Source: Vermamoeba vermiformis (lineage: Eukaryota). Taken from it: a stretch of DNA of 64,000 bases. The DNA lies in contig JBEWZL010000103.1 in NCBI GenBank assembly GCA_045837725.1, positions 1 through 64,000 of the forward strand, in the 5' to 3' direction. Made by a program: the position numbers and the translations under genes. The notes beneath the pieces are model-generated. The model ran no database searches. It saw only the letters and a list, made by a program, of their open reading frames with translations, and was not told the DNA's origin. Positions 11,885 through 24,000 of the stretch are shown piece after piece. How positions within the stretch are numbered: the first letter of the stretch is position 1; every line of letters begins with the position of its first letter.

Positions 11885-12264
11885 TGTGCTAACTACTTCG
11901 AGAATAGTGGTTTGAAACTTCGTGTCTCTTTTGTGTTTTATGTTACGCAGCACGTGCTCGGTTTGCATTCTTGTTTTCAAAAGTTAGCAATTCTACTACA
12001 GAATAAAAGCAGCTATAATTAGGTAGAGTAGAAAGAATAAGAGCAATTATATGATTCTTAGCGAATCTTTTTTGAAACCTATGATCAGAATCCGGATTTA
12101 TCAAACAAAAGGGTTTTATTCGGGTTAACTTTACAAAAACGGCACATTTGGTTGGTGTCTTTACCAACGGCAATAAGTATTGGGGTTTACGGCTTGGATT
12201 TTCCGGATGGTGGATTTGGATTGGGTGTTTTTCTAACGTCTTTTCTTTCCGCTATTTAATCTTC

Positions 12265-13973
12265 TTAAACAATGTTGACTGAGTTGAAGAACTTTGAGTC
12301 GTATGCTGTTGAATTTTGATGCTCTATCAACAATCTAGTCACAGCAGACTCAGCGTCGTCTCCACCGCCAACATCAATATTATACACGCTGTTTGATTGA
12401 GTTACTTTCGTCAAGTCGCCTTCTGACTTAGGTCGTTGAATAGGCCACGCAGTAGTAGGCTGGACTTGAGGAGTGACGAAGGTCGTGATCTCGGGTGTGA
12501 TCAAGATCGGCATCACGTTCTTTGCGTGACCTGCAGGAGGCGGTGTAGCAGTGCCAGTAGTACGAGCACCCTTAGTCCCATAGGTAGTAACATCTGTCAG
12601 TTGTTGACTGTTCAATGAGCGATGGCTATGACCGGCTGGTTTGGGAGTCTTCATTTCAACAGGCGTGAGTAACTGGCCATTATTAGATGACCAATACTTC
12701 GGCATTGCGGTCGCTGCTCTCTTCTTATCGCTCGCGGACGAGGCACTGCGTGTTCTTCCGAGATCCGGAGTTGATGAATGTCGATCACCATTGTTCGACA
12801 CCAACACGTTGAAACTGTTGTAATAACTCGGATTGTAGTAGAGGTCCGCAGTAGACAAGTCACTGTCGCTAGTGTTTGCTGAAACTGATCCATAGGAGAT
12901 GAATTTTGTCTCGATAACTGGCGGTGCGAGCAGATTCGTTGTAAGGGTGTTGTTGCTGTTGTGAGTTGCTTCATTTCTTCTAGACTTGGTGGAATGATAG
13001 CTGAATGCGCTTTCAGTCTTCTTGCGTTGAATAATCTGGAATAGCTTGACGATTCCGAAAATTACGGATTCGATCAGGATCACGGCGCCCCAAATGCAGA
13101 GAGGCCACATGAACCACATATCCTCGCTTTGACCATTGAAGTACCAAATTCCGACATTCATGCCATTGATAACGACGAAAAGCATTATCTGAGGCAATAA
13201 CAAAATTTGTCGCAAATCCAAGTACACGGCGGTAAAGTGGATCGTGAGTGCAACACCACTGAGGCCAAGGACGAAGAATAGCCAAGGGTGATGCACGCTG
13301 TTGAAGTACCATAGTAAGAATAACACCATGTCGAAAGTCGCTGCAACGGATGTGTGGAGTAAAAAGTACAATTTCGATCGGCTTTCGGGCTCGGTCTCCA
13401 AATCTGCAGTTTCTTTGAAATAAACGACTTCCCATATGAGTAAATAGACGCCCATGACGATGAGGAACCAAGGAAATTCTTTGCTAGGTCCCAACAAGCC
13501 CCAAGCTGTGAAATGATTAGATCATGAAAAAGTCAAGGGGTGCCAGATGCATTTCGCGAAATAATAAATTATTGATAATAGGTAGTTATAAGAGTCAACA
13601 TATATTAAAATTAAAGCCAAGAAGGGAAAAATTAAATGTCTGAACATTCCTTCGAATGTGACAAATAGTGTTCCGTATCACGTATTTGGACCAATTAGGC
13701 CCGAATTATGAATATTAAAATAAAGTAATGCTTACCGACTACGGAAAAAAGACTAAGAGCCATAAACCCAAGGAATCTAACGAGATTTTGATGGTTTCGC
13801 TTCAGTTTTTCTTCTTGATCATTCTGCGGTTGCTTTTCGACTACTGATCTTTCATATCGACGTGGGCAATCAGGAAAATGGTCCTTTCGTTGTCCTTTAT
13901 AGTCCCACCGATCGTACAGTGCCACTCCGCAGGTGTCGCAGAACGGATTCTCTACTGTTGTTCTATTATTCAT
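12265..13973 (-). CDS. Multi-pass membrane protein with N-terminal Cys/His motif and long Ser/Thr-rich disordered C-terminus; exons 13973-13736, 13505-12265
   Basis: In-frame splice G|gtaagc...cag|CT. Repeated TM hairpins with a PWF/WFMWP linker (2TM-domain-like); CDTC...H..C near the N-terminus. Confidence 0.65.
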
Positions 13974-14994
13974 TGATAGTTCCGCATATTGTCTTCAAAT
14001 TAATAATTAGGGCCCACTGTAGTGTCGTCTCTCGCGACTAAATGAAAAACAAGAAACCTTTGCGCAACTAAAATGGTGAGATCGAAAGGTCGACAGAAAA
14101 GTCGAGAATAAGAAACATTCAGAAAATGTCTTGTTCCATTTCGCAACGTCATTCTCTGAGTGAAAAGTACGAACACACGTGGCTGTGTGATAAAAGGCTA
14201 TTCTACAGACTTTGGGCCTGCATCGCGTTTTTCTTAGTGGGATTCGCGATCTCTGGTTTACTTGAACAGTTGTGGGATCGGCGCTTCAGAACAACATACT
14301 AGATATTATTTTGTGTCTCTTGATGGTGCGGAGATTGATAAGGAATGCATTGGAAACTTCGTAAGCACATGCCAGATTTAAAATTGTGCAGTTCATCACA
14401 ATGAGCCCTCGCCTTATTAATGATAGCAGTTAAGTGATGTAGTAATTTTGTAGACGAAATTACTCTCGAAAGAAATTATTTTGATAAGTGTAACGGTTAT
14501 CATCCAGCCAAGTCTGAAAGCCAGGACACGCTACTGAATAGCGTCGTTTCATGTATTAACTAATAATAGATGAAATGAACAGTTGTTTGTGGTACAAACG
14601 AGTGCGTGTGTTAGGTCGCCACGTTCTGAATCTGCGCGACCAATCTGACTCGGCACACGATCTGAGCAATTACGCTCAATTTCATGACCGTACTTGATTG
14701 GGCTTCATATAATAGAATGCAAGGCTAATAGTGCGTAATTTGGCGCGTTTCCCTTCGTGTAATCTTATTTCTGGCTTGTCACGTTCGCCTGTCAAGTTTT
14801 ATCGCGTTGTTTGCTTCAAACTCGACTTGCCCTATTGAACCAGCGCGGAATAGCACATTATTGCAGCATCTGTGGACCATTATTCTGGATAATTAGCTTT
14901 TTGCAGCGTTTCAGTTACTTGTGATACTACGAGTCAGATTTGGACGTCATTATTAACCACAAATAGACCATTCTATAATTAATTCAAATTCAAT

Positions 14995-17933
14995 ATGAGC
15001 GATGCAGGATTAGTTAGAGCGGACAGTGCAAACGGACGTAAGTATTATGGGCTTGCCAAGCCAACAATAATAATTAATAATTGGGTCCCCAACCGCCTAA
15101 TTGCAATTTTATTTGTGATTGTAATAATTTGATTATACGTGACAATTTTTATGCCAAGTTATTGGTTTTAATTGTTTTTGGTCCTATTTTCGTGTCACAT
15201 CTGCCAATTCTAAAATGAAATTGTTTGTAATAATACGTAATTGGAATTATAGATACTAATATGCTATTAAATAGTATCATTGCCGAAAATTCCACCTCCA
15301 AAAGCGTCTCCGCGTCAACCAGGCTCGCCAAAAGTGTCTCGGGCTCAATCCACAGCTCCTTTGCCTCCTCCACCAGTAGCTGTGTTAAATAATATGCGAA
15401 GAGACAGTAGTAAGTGGTTTATATGAGCACTAAAATGTGATAGCAACAACGTCCTGAAAGTACTCCAAAAACACATCTGACAGTTCTCGATTTCTGTTTT
15501 ATTGTTAAAGTAGTGATTTCTTTGGTGATATTATTTTTCAATTAATTATTTTAATATGCCTATAATGGTTATTTGTTTCTCATTATGCGTTTGTGTCCGA
15601 CGAGGAACACAGATGTGACTGTTCCCACGCAAATTAACCTTGTAACCATCTTATCGTTATTTTATTAACGTCATAATTTGCAGATTCATCGCTAGCAGAA
15701 TCACACGATGAGAAGTCAATGGATTCGGCTCGATCGCTGACAGACGACTCAAACTTTTCAGAAAGCGAAAATGAACAAACCAAACCGACGAGGTATATCT
15801 AAATGACGATCGATCAGCTTGACATGGGCAATTCAAACAAAAATATCTTCTTCCAAGCTTAATTTCGATGTTCTATTTTTAGTTCAAATTCCCGATCTCT
15901 AATAATATTGGACTCGTTGACGGCAATATTAATACGCGACGCATGACTTTAATTGATGATCAATGGCATCATTTGTTAATTATTCTGTTTTTTAGGATCC
16001 ATAAAGGCAGTATCAGTATTAGTTTAGGACCCACGCCAATTGTTTCAGCAAAAGCTCGCAGCGCCAAGTAAATATTATTCGTATTGCCTAATTATATAGG
16101 AAGTGCTAACGTACCAATTCTTCTTCGAAGGACGCCGACTAAGAAAGCTCCAGCTCCTCAACCAAAGGGATCTCCAGACTCAATTAAGAAACAAAGACCA
16201 GCTATGAGCCGTTCTGGCGAGATTAAATTGGCCAAACAAGGCGCTGGCGGTAGATCTGCCACTTTGCGCGGTACTCTACGAAAAAGGTTAGTACACGATG
16301 TTAATTCTTATTTTTCTTTATTCTTCAAAATCTGCCTTAATAGCACGTACGATATTGTGTAGTATTGGCAGTATTATATAAGCAATAGCTCCTGGCATAA
16401 TTTTTTAAATTTTTGGAACGGTGCGGATCATCAACTTACGGTTTTATGACCACAGCAAGGATCTCAGTGAGAGCGGCAAGCTTAAGAAGTTGACAAAGAG
16501 CACACTGACTGTAGCTGTTGAGATACCCAAAGAGACCCGCACTGCTTGGGAACATAAGTTAGAGCTCGATTATGTACGAGTCACGCACGATCAATTTTTC
16601 AGCTTTCTTTGCATATTGGTGATTTTACTTACAAACTACTCTCGTAGGCGGAGGAGTTACAGACTAAACTTGGCTACAATAAGCAAATTGACGATTTACA
16701 CTTCCAAGAAGAGCTTGGCGTAAGTATTGCCGTAGATCTGCCCCTAAAAAGTGCTATCGATGAATTCAATGATATTACTAGTAGAATTCATATTATATAT
16801 AGCGTTGTCGATAATATTCTAATAATATTGCTTGCAGAAATTAATTATACCAACGATAATGGACATCACTTCAAGGGCAACGACAACGGAACAATTGCAG
16901 CTTAAATATCTTCTCGTATTCTTAGACACTACAGGTAAGGTTAACAAATTTCGTAGCTTTACTACGAAGCTGCTTAATTTGATGCACTGAAAGAACACGT
17001 ACTGGCTCAGATCTTGCTTCGAATCGCTTCTAATCCATATTTTCGTTTTAGATCCCATTACTAGCAACACAATTTATCGCAAGAAAGGCAAGCCAGCAGA
17101 AGTAAAGAAACTGCGAAAGGATCTCGACAAATTGGTTGCTGATTATGAGAAAGAACACCGAGAAGACAAAGAAAAGAAGGACAAAAAAGATAAGAAAGGC
17201 AAGTAAAATTCTGAGTGCATTTAACCGCGATAATTTAGCTACATAAGCTAAATTTGTAAAGCAAATCCAGGAATTCCAAATTTCTATGATTTCCTTTGCA
17301 AGATTGTATTGCATACTCATTAATATCATGAATAGATGTCGGAATGAGGACGAAAGAAATTACATCCGCCGGTGAGCTGCTGAAGGAACTTTTAAAGGCT
17401 ATGCCAGATCCGTTGATCCCGACCGAATTTTATTTTGACGCGCTTGCAGCACATGGTATGTACATGGTCATAATATATCAACCGATTAATCTATATGTAT
17501 TATACTTAATGCGCTATATAATGATTTTTAAGCTTATTTTTGACGAATTTTCTAGTCGGATATTATATTCATTTATGCAATTGCCTTCAACGAAAAGATT
17601 ACTGAATATTAATTCCTTGAATATATAGGCCTCGAAGGAAGCGTTAAGTTGCTCTACGTTCGAGATTTGGTGCGAGAGGTCAAGGGCGATCAGCGCTTGA
17701 TCCTTCAAATGCTTTTAATCTACATGTTGAGGCTATCCGAGAACTCTATTAAGAACGAGTTCACGCTTGATGAAATTAGTCAAGTATTTTGCCCATATAT
17801 TATTGCGGATAAGGCAAGTTTTGAACAAACCAAATCCGCCGAAGAAAGTGTACCCTCGCCTGAAGAGGCGGTTAAAGTGGTCTCTTTCATGGTCACCAAC
17901 TACAAATTCATATTTATGTATGAAGCTGTATAA
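14995..17933 (+). CDS. RhoGAP-domain protein with proline-rich N-terminus, many small exons
   Basis: Exon chain from MSDAGLVRADSANG through LPKIPPPKASPR. RhoGAP motifs TIYRKKG (Arg finger), ELLKELLKAMPDPLIP and NEFTLDEISQVFCPYI. Start and some internal junctions are less certain. Confidence 0.75.
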
Positions 17934-18655
17934 TACTATAATACCACCGTAACTATAACACTACAAATATAATACTAATTTTGAAAATAATTGAAACTCA
18001 ATCCTACATCTGCTGTATTTCTCATTTTTGTAGCATAAAGGATAACAAGCTTGTATTTCTATAACAAAAAAATAAACAATACTACTTACATCAAATACGG
18101 CGACCGTTGTTGACTTGATCAGCTTCCAAGCCCACGCACTTTCCTCAAAGAGGTATTCCCTGAATCGACCATGTATATCTTCCTACCACATTAATAGTAT
18201 TGAGTTGTTGTTCAGTAGTGCGAGTGTTGCTCCTGCTACGTGGAGATAAAAAAAAGCCTCTGTTTGGTTCAGTCCTTGCAATAATCACCTACAAAAAGAA
18301 CATAAAAGGTTAGTATATTTGCGTACTAAAAGTGGACTACGTATTGAAGAATACTCGGAGTTACGAGCTTGTAAATCTGTCAATTTATTATAGATGCAGC
18401 ATTTGATAATACTAGCGGACAATTTATGACATATTATAAATAATAACAATGCTCGGTAATATGGAAATATCTGGCAGATCCAGAAGAAGCATGTACCAAC
18501 ACGCCTAGAAGATAATTAATTTTCAATAATATTTTAATCGTTGTAATAATAACCTAAAATAGCAATATTGTTCATAGCGAATATTACTTAAATGATAGTA
18601 ATATTTTAAAAATATTTGGCAATTTTAGAACCAGTAGTAATATTTTTTTTTGTAG

Positions 18656-18925
18656 ATGAACCGCATCTTCTCTCAAGCGCTCACTAGCGCAATTCACCCA
18701 TTGATTCGCACAACCGAATCGCGAATGGCGCCCACTGTGACTCCTATTAACAGACCTGCGACCTCAGCAATGGTTCCTGTATCCAGCCAACCTGTCAGCT
18801 TTTTCTCAGCCGAGAACCCCAGCGTTATTAAGCAATTTTGCGAGTCAAAGAATAAAAAACATCGTAAGGTACAAAAGAAATATAGAAAGAAACAAGGAAA
18901 GAAAGTAAACATGCGCAGAATTTAA
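18656..18925 (+). CDS. Small protein with presequence-like N-terminus and very basic C-terminus (candidate mitochondrial ribosomal protein)
   Basis: ATG directly after a ttttgtag acceptor (5' UTR intron). Acid-poor S/T/R-rich N-terminus and a KNKKHRKVQKKYRKKQGKK tail. Confidence 0.5.
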   Translation: MNRIFSQALTSAIHPLIRTTESRMAPTVTPINRPATSAMVPVSSQPVSFFSAENPSVIKQFCESKNKKHRKVQKKYRKKQGKKVNMRRI

Positions 18926-19320
18926 ATCTGGATCTGTATAAAATAACCAAATAAACCAATTGTCCATTTATATTAATTTGCAGCATCGATGATATCAATA
19001 ATGCGTAAGCTTAGCAAAATAACTAAAATCATACGGGTCTCCGGCACGTGGTTGTAGATCCAGCTCGTTGGGTTTGTTTTTGGAATCAGTATGAAAGAGT
19101 GACACGACAAGCATTAAGTAGGTGCCACTAGTAATAAAATTGCGCATACTTGGTAAGTGATGTTCGAGTGTTGAGCCAAAAGAATGCGCAAAACAAGTTC
19201 GAAGAAAAATTCAGGCCTTTTTGCAGTTGATATTTTTGACCTCAATGAGCAACACAAGGGAGCTGTAGAAAATTTTTGTAATATTTATTTTATTTATTTT
19301 AGATAGCATATATTATTTTC

Positions 19321-20693
19321 ATGGAGCAGAATAAAGGAACAGATCAAGCTGCTCCAAATCCAAAAGCAGCCGTCTTAGAAAAACCAGAAGTAAAAGAGGC
19401 CATAGCAAAATTCAAGGAAACGAGTGGCTTAGAGCTAAAGAAATTATGCACGGAAGGATTGGATTTTCAAGAGGCAGTCAACAAATTGGTAGACAAACTG
19501 CGATCTAGTCGAATCCAGTTTCAATGCAATGACCAAAACTTGAAGCTGGTATCAAAAGTATCAGGTTTTGATAGAAGAGGAGCGATCCGCGTGTTGCTCA
19601 TCAGAGAAGAATTAGTTCGGCTGCGTCACCTTGGATATTCAACCTCAGACGCAATCTACGAGTTAATAAATAGAATTCGAAGGCTTGCTGGACAAAAGCG
19701 AGGACTATCATCATTAGGAAATATAGAAGATGAAAGAATAGCAAAACGTCCTAAATTGAAAAATGAAAGATCAAAAAAGCGCACTTTTGATCAGGCCGGC
19801 TACGGAGAAGAAAGCCAAGAATTGGCGTCAGGTATGTAACAAAATTAAGAAATAATTTTTGCAAGCTTAAATAATGTTTTGGCGCCATATTTGATTGCCT
19901 GCTATTTTTGTCATTGGATTTTGGTTTTTATTCATTTTATCGTTCTGAATACGGGAATAATACGCGAAAAATATCTACATAGTTATGGCACATTTTTCAA
20001 AGGATTTTTACGCTTATAATTCTGCATTTTTAAGATCAAAAAAAATTGACAGTGCCAATTATTCTAGGCGAAGAAGAAATAGAACATAAGAAAAAGAAAA
20101 GGAAAGTTGGATTTGAACCAGAAGAAAGCAGCGTTTCAGAAGTTTCACGGTCCGACGCTGCAAAGGAAGACGAACCATCTATCACAACAGATCAAGACGA
20201 CGTACAACCAGACAATAATGGTGTACCTCGTAGATCATCAGCTGCAAATTTGTTCTCGCGGTTGTTCTCGCTGTTCACTGCTGGAAATAATGGTGAGGGT
20301 TTGACGGGTCCCTCGGAAAATCACACTGACGGCAGTGGCCACCAATCACTGCTGTTACCTCACACGCCGCCTGGTTACGAACACTTCGATGAAGACGACG
20401 AGGACCAACTTGATGATGAGGAGTTGTATGAATTTCAAGATGATAACCTTGGAGATTATGAAAATGCAAATGTTGGCGGCGAGTTTAGCGAAGATGAGCT
20501 CCCTCGGTTAAACAATAACTCCGAGAGTGTTGAAGGCGATGAAGATGTAAATGATGAAAATGGCGCTATGTCACGGAAGCGAAGTCGGGATCTGAATTCT
20601 AACGAAGGCGAATCCGAACCAAAAAGGAAACGAACTAATAATAGCACTAATAGTACTGGTTTGTTTCTTCAGCGACAAAACTCATGTAAATAG
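19321..20693 (+). CDS. Hypothetical nuclear protein with helical N-domain and acidic disordered C-terminus; exons 19321-19831, 20035-20693
   Basis: In-frame splice G|gtatgt...taag|AT. NLS-like KKKKRK and KRKR motifs. Confidence 0.7.
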
Positions 20694-21022
20694 TGTGCAA
20701 AGTGGCGTAAATAAACGGCAAATTACCTGATCCCGCCTTCTTCTTTGGCGGCGCGGATGGTGGACGGCGAAACAGACAGCGACCAGAGATTTGCGGAGCA
20801 TTTCCCAATGAATTAGTTGTGAACTAGAGCTATCATGAATCTGACGTCTGGCAATAACGCGAACCAAAACCAGGTATTCTAAAAGTAATTTCAGCAAAGC
20901 TAATTCGCTTGAAATTTCTCGAAAAAACCCTTCGTTTATTTTTGGCACACGTACTTATAACCAACCTAAAAACTGATTTACTCTCATCATTTTTGAACAA
21001 AAGTAATACACAAGGAACAACA

Positions 21023-24000
21023 ATGCGCGTTGTAAATATTTTATGCGTGTTGTTACTGGTACTGATCTTGGATCCAGCGTCCTGTCAGCCAGCAAAGAAA
21101 ATATTAGTCTACTCGCAAGACAATTCTCCATTCAATGCCGCTCTCCCTGGTGCGCGCAAAGCCTTAGGTGATCAAGCTTTAGTGCGAAATTGGCATATGG
21201 ACTTCAGCCAAGATGTCGGATCTTTTGTGGACAACACTCTCTTCCAATATGACGCCGTAGTGTTCTTACTCACTAACGGTGTTGCCCTCAATACCGACCA
21301 AAGAGCTTCGTTGCAGCGATATATTAAGGCTGGTCGTGGATTCGCTGGTATTTCGTCGGCCAATTTCAACAATGCTGATTGGGACTGGTATAAACAACTC
21401 ATTGGTTCTAGCATTCCTGCCGACAAGCCCTTCCTTTCCCTCCAAAATGCGCAAGTTCGAGTGCCCGACAGAGTGCACCCCTCTACAAGAACTTTGCCGG
21501 AATATTGGCCTCGATCGGACATCTGGTAAGCGTTTTTAGTGAAAATTTCGGCGTAAAGACGCCTTAGTAGCGATGTTTTGAATTCCTCATTGCGATTACT
21601 TTAACCAAATTACACCTATTTTTACGTATATTAGGAATTTTTTCTAATTTCAACCGACGTTGACGAATTTAGTTGAGATCTACCTACTTATTAATCGTTT
21701 CGCACTGTCCAACTCGCTTAATTACTGACACTATATATTCAGGATTGATTATGATGTCTCTCCTCGCCTCAATGCTCACGTTTTAGCAATCGTAAATGAG
21801 AGATCGTACACTGGAGGCTCGATGGGCCCAGATCACCCAATCGCTTGGTGCCAATTATACGACGGTGGTCGTTCATGGTAAGTCATAATAACCATGTTTT
21901 ACTATCGCCTCGAATTGGGCCAATACGAAGGATCCGAACACAAGTCAGTAAGAAATTTCGAGTGTTTTTGGCTGACTCGTCTTTGTGTTCTACTTCGGAT
22001 TAATATTAACCTTGATCTAAATAATGTTTGCGTACATTAAAGATTATAAAGAGGCAAACAATACCGATTTGGAAAATAAGATTTTAAAGAGTGATCGGAT
22101 CTAATCGTATTTGAATAGGTACACTAGCGGAGGAGGTGTAGCTGCTGCTTGGACCGAGACTGAATTTGTTGGTAAGTTTGCCAATAATTTTCCGGCACTA
22201 ACACCGCGTATCACTTGCGTAACGATACGTTGAGCAAATTTGATATAGATCTCACTACAACATATCAGTTAGTTCACATTATTGAAACGTTTGTGTTTTT
22301 GGGGTCGCTATGATATTGCATTACTGATTCATAATCAAAATATGAAACTAATGGATCCGTTTGGCAGGTCATGTTGTGCAAGGTATTTCTTGGGCTAGCG
22401 GTGAAAGCGCCGGTGACTGCACTGCTACCGTAAATGCTTACTATGAAAAACGAGTGGTCGATACTACCGCTGAAATGGTAATTACGGCGGAATTCCAGTT
22501 TTACTATCGAACCCAGAAACTCATCCGAACTTTTTCAATTTTAGCCTATGGAATTAGCTCCTACTCCTGACGGCCGCGTCTTATATATTGAAAGAGCTGG
22601 TAAACTCAAGATCTACAAGCCCGACGCAGACACTACTGTTCTCGCCGGCAAGTTGGATGTAAACTACAACTTGGAAGATGGTCTTTTGGGCTTGGCGCTT
22701 GACCCTAACTTCGCCACTAACAATTGGATCTACTTGTACTACACTCCTAACGGTCAAACTCCCGAAAATATTCTTTCTCGCTTCACTATGAACGGAGATC
22801 AGCTGGACATGGCTAGCGAAAAAGTTATGCTCCGCATTCCTACTCAACGATTGATGTGCTGCCACTCTTCGTAAGTCATACAATAATATTTGAATACCTG
22901 AAAATTATTCGCAGCTCAAATAAGCAATATTTAAACGAAAAGGTGGAACTTAGCTAATTCTCCGAATTTTCTAGCGGTCATTTGTTATTCGACCAAGCCG
23001 GACATCTCTTCATGACTATTGGAGATAACACTAGTCCTTACGGATCTGATGCATTCTCCCCCATTGATGAGCGTCCTGGTCGTTTCCCTGGTTACGATGC
23101 TCAAGGAACTGCCGCCAATACTAATGACTTGAGAGGAAAGATCTTGAGAATTAAGCCCGAACCAGATGGTACTTACAGCATTCCTCCTGGTAACTTATTC
23201 CCTGGTACGTACTGGATGCGGATGTGGGCTAAATGAACAAGTTTTAATCTTCATATTATTAGCTGATGGAAGCCAAGGCAAGCCCGAAATTTACATTATG
23301 GGTGTCCGTAGTCCTTTTCGTATGGCTATTGACCCTCTCGACAACACTTTGTACTGGGGTGAAGTCGGTCCTAACGCCGAAGCAAATCCACTTCGTGGTC
23401 CTACTGGTGTTGACGAAATTAACGTCGCCAGATCTGCTGGTAACCACGGCTGGCCTTATTGCATCGGAGATAACAAGCCTTACATCGATTACGACTTTGC
23501 TACTGGTGTCTCGGGTAAACCTTACGACTGCAGCAATCCTGTTAACGACTCTCCGAACAACAATGGTGCTCGTAACTTGCCTCCTGCTCGTCCTGCTCTT
23601 ATGTGGTACAATTACGGTTACTCAGCTGACTGGCCCGAATTTACTGACGGCAAAGGACGAACTTGTAAGTCAAGATCCGGATCTTCCTCTCGAATTGGTA
23701 CTAATGATTTATTATAGCTATGGCTGGTTTCTTCTATCGTTACGATGCCAACTCTAAGGCTCCTTACAAGTTGCCTCAATATTTCGATAACACTTTGATC
23801 CACATGGAATGGTCGCGTAACTACTTGACTGAAATCAAGATGGACTCCAACAACGCTCCTTTGTCTCTTTCTAGAATCTGGACTTGGACTGGTGATGCTA
23901 CTAAGGAGTGGCACGCACCTATCGATATGGTGCTCCATCCTGACGGATCCATTTACATCGCTGAATGGGGTATTGACTTCCAAGGTAGTCAATCTCGCAT

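Noticed and set aside
13980-14990. 1-kb ORF-free, relatively GC-richer spacer as an ncRNA locus
   Set aside because: No recognisable RNA motif; adequately explained as promoters and 5' UTRs of two divergent genes.
18000-18510. Possible minus-strand mini-exons
   Set aside because: Some splice-like signals exist, but no coherent ORF with a start or homology could be assembled.
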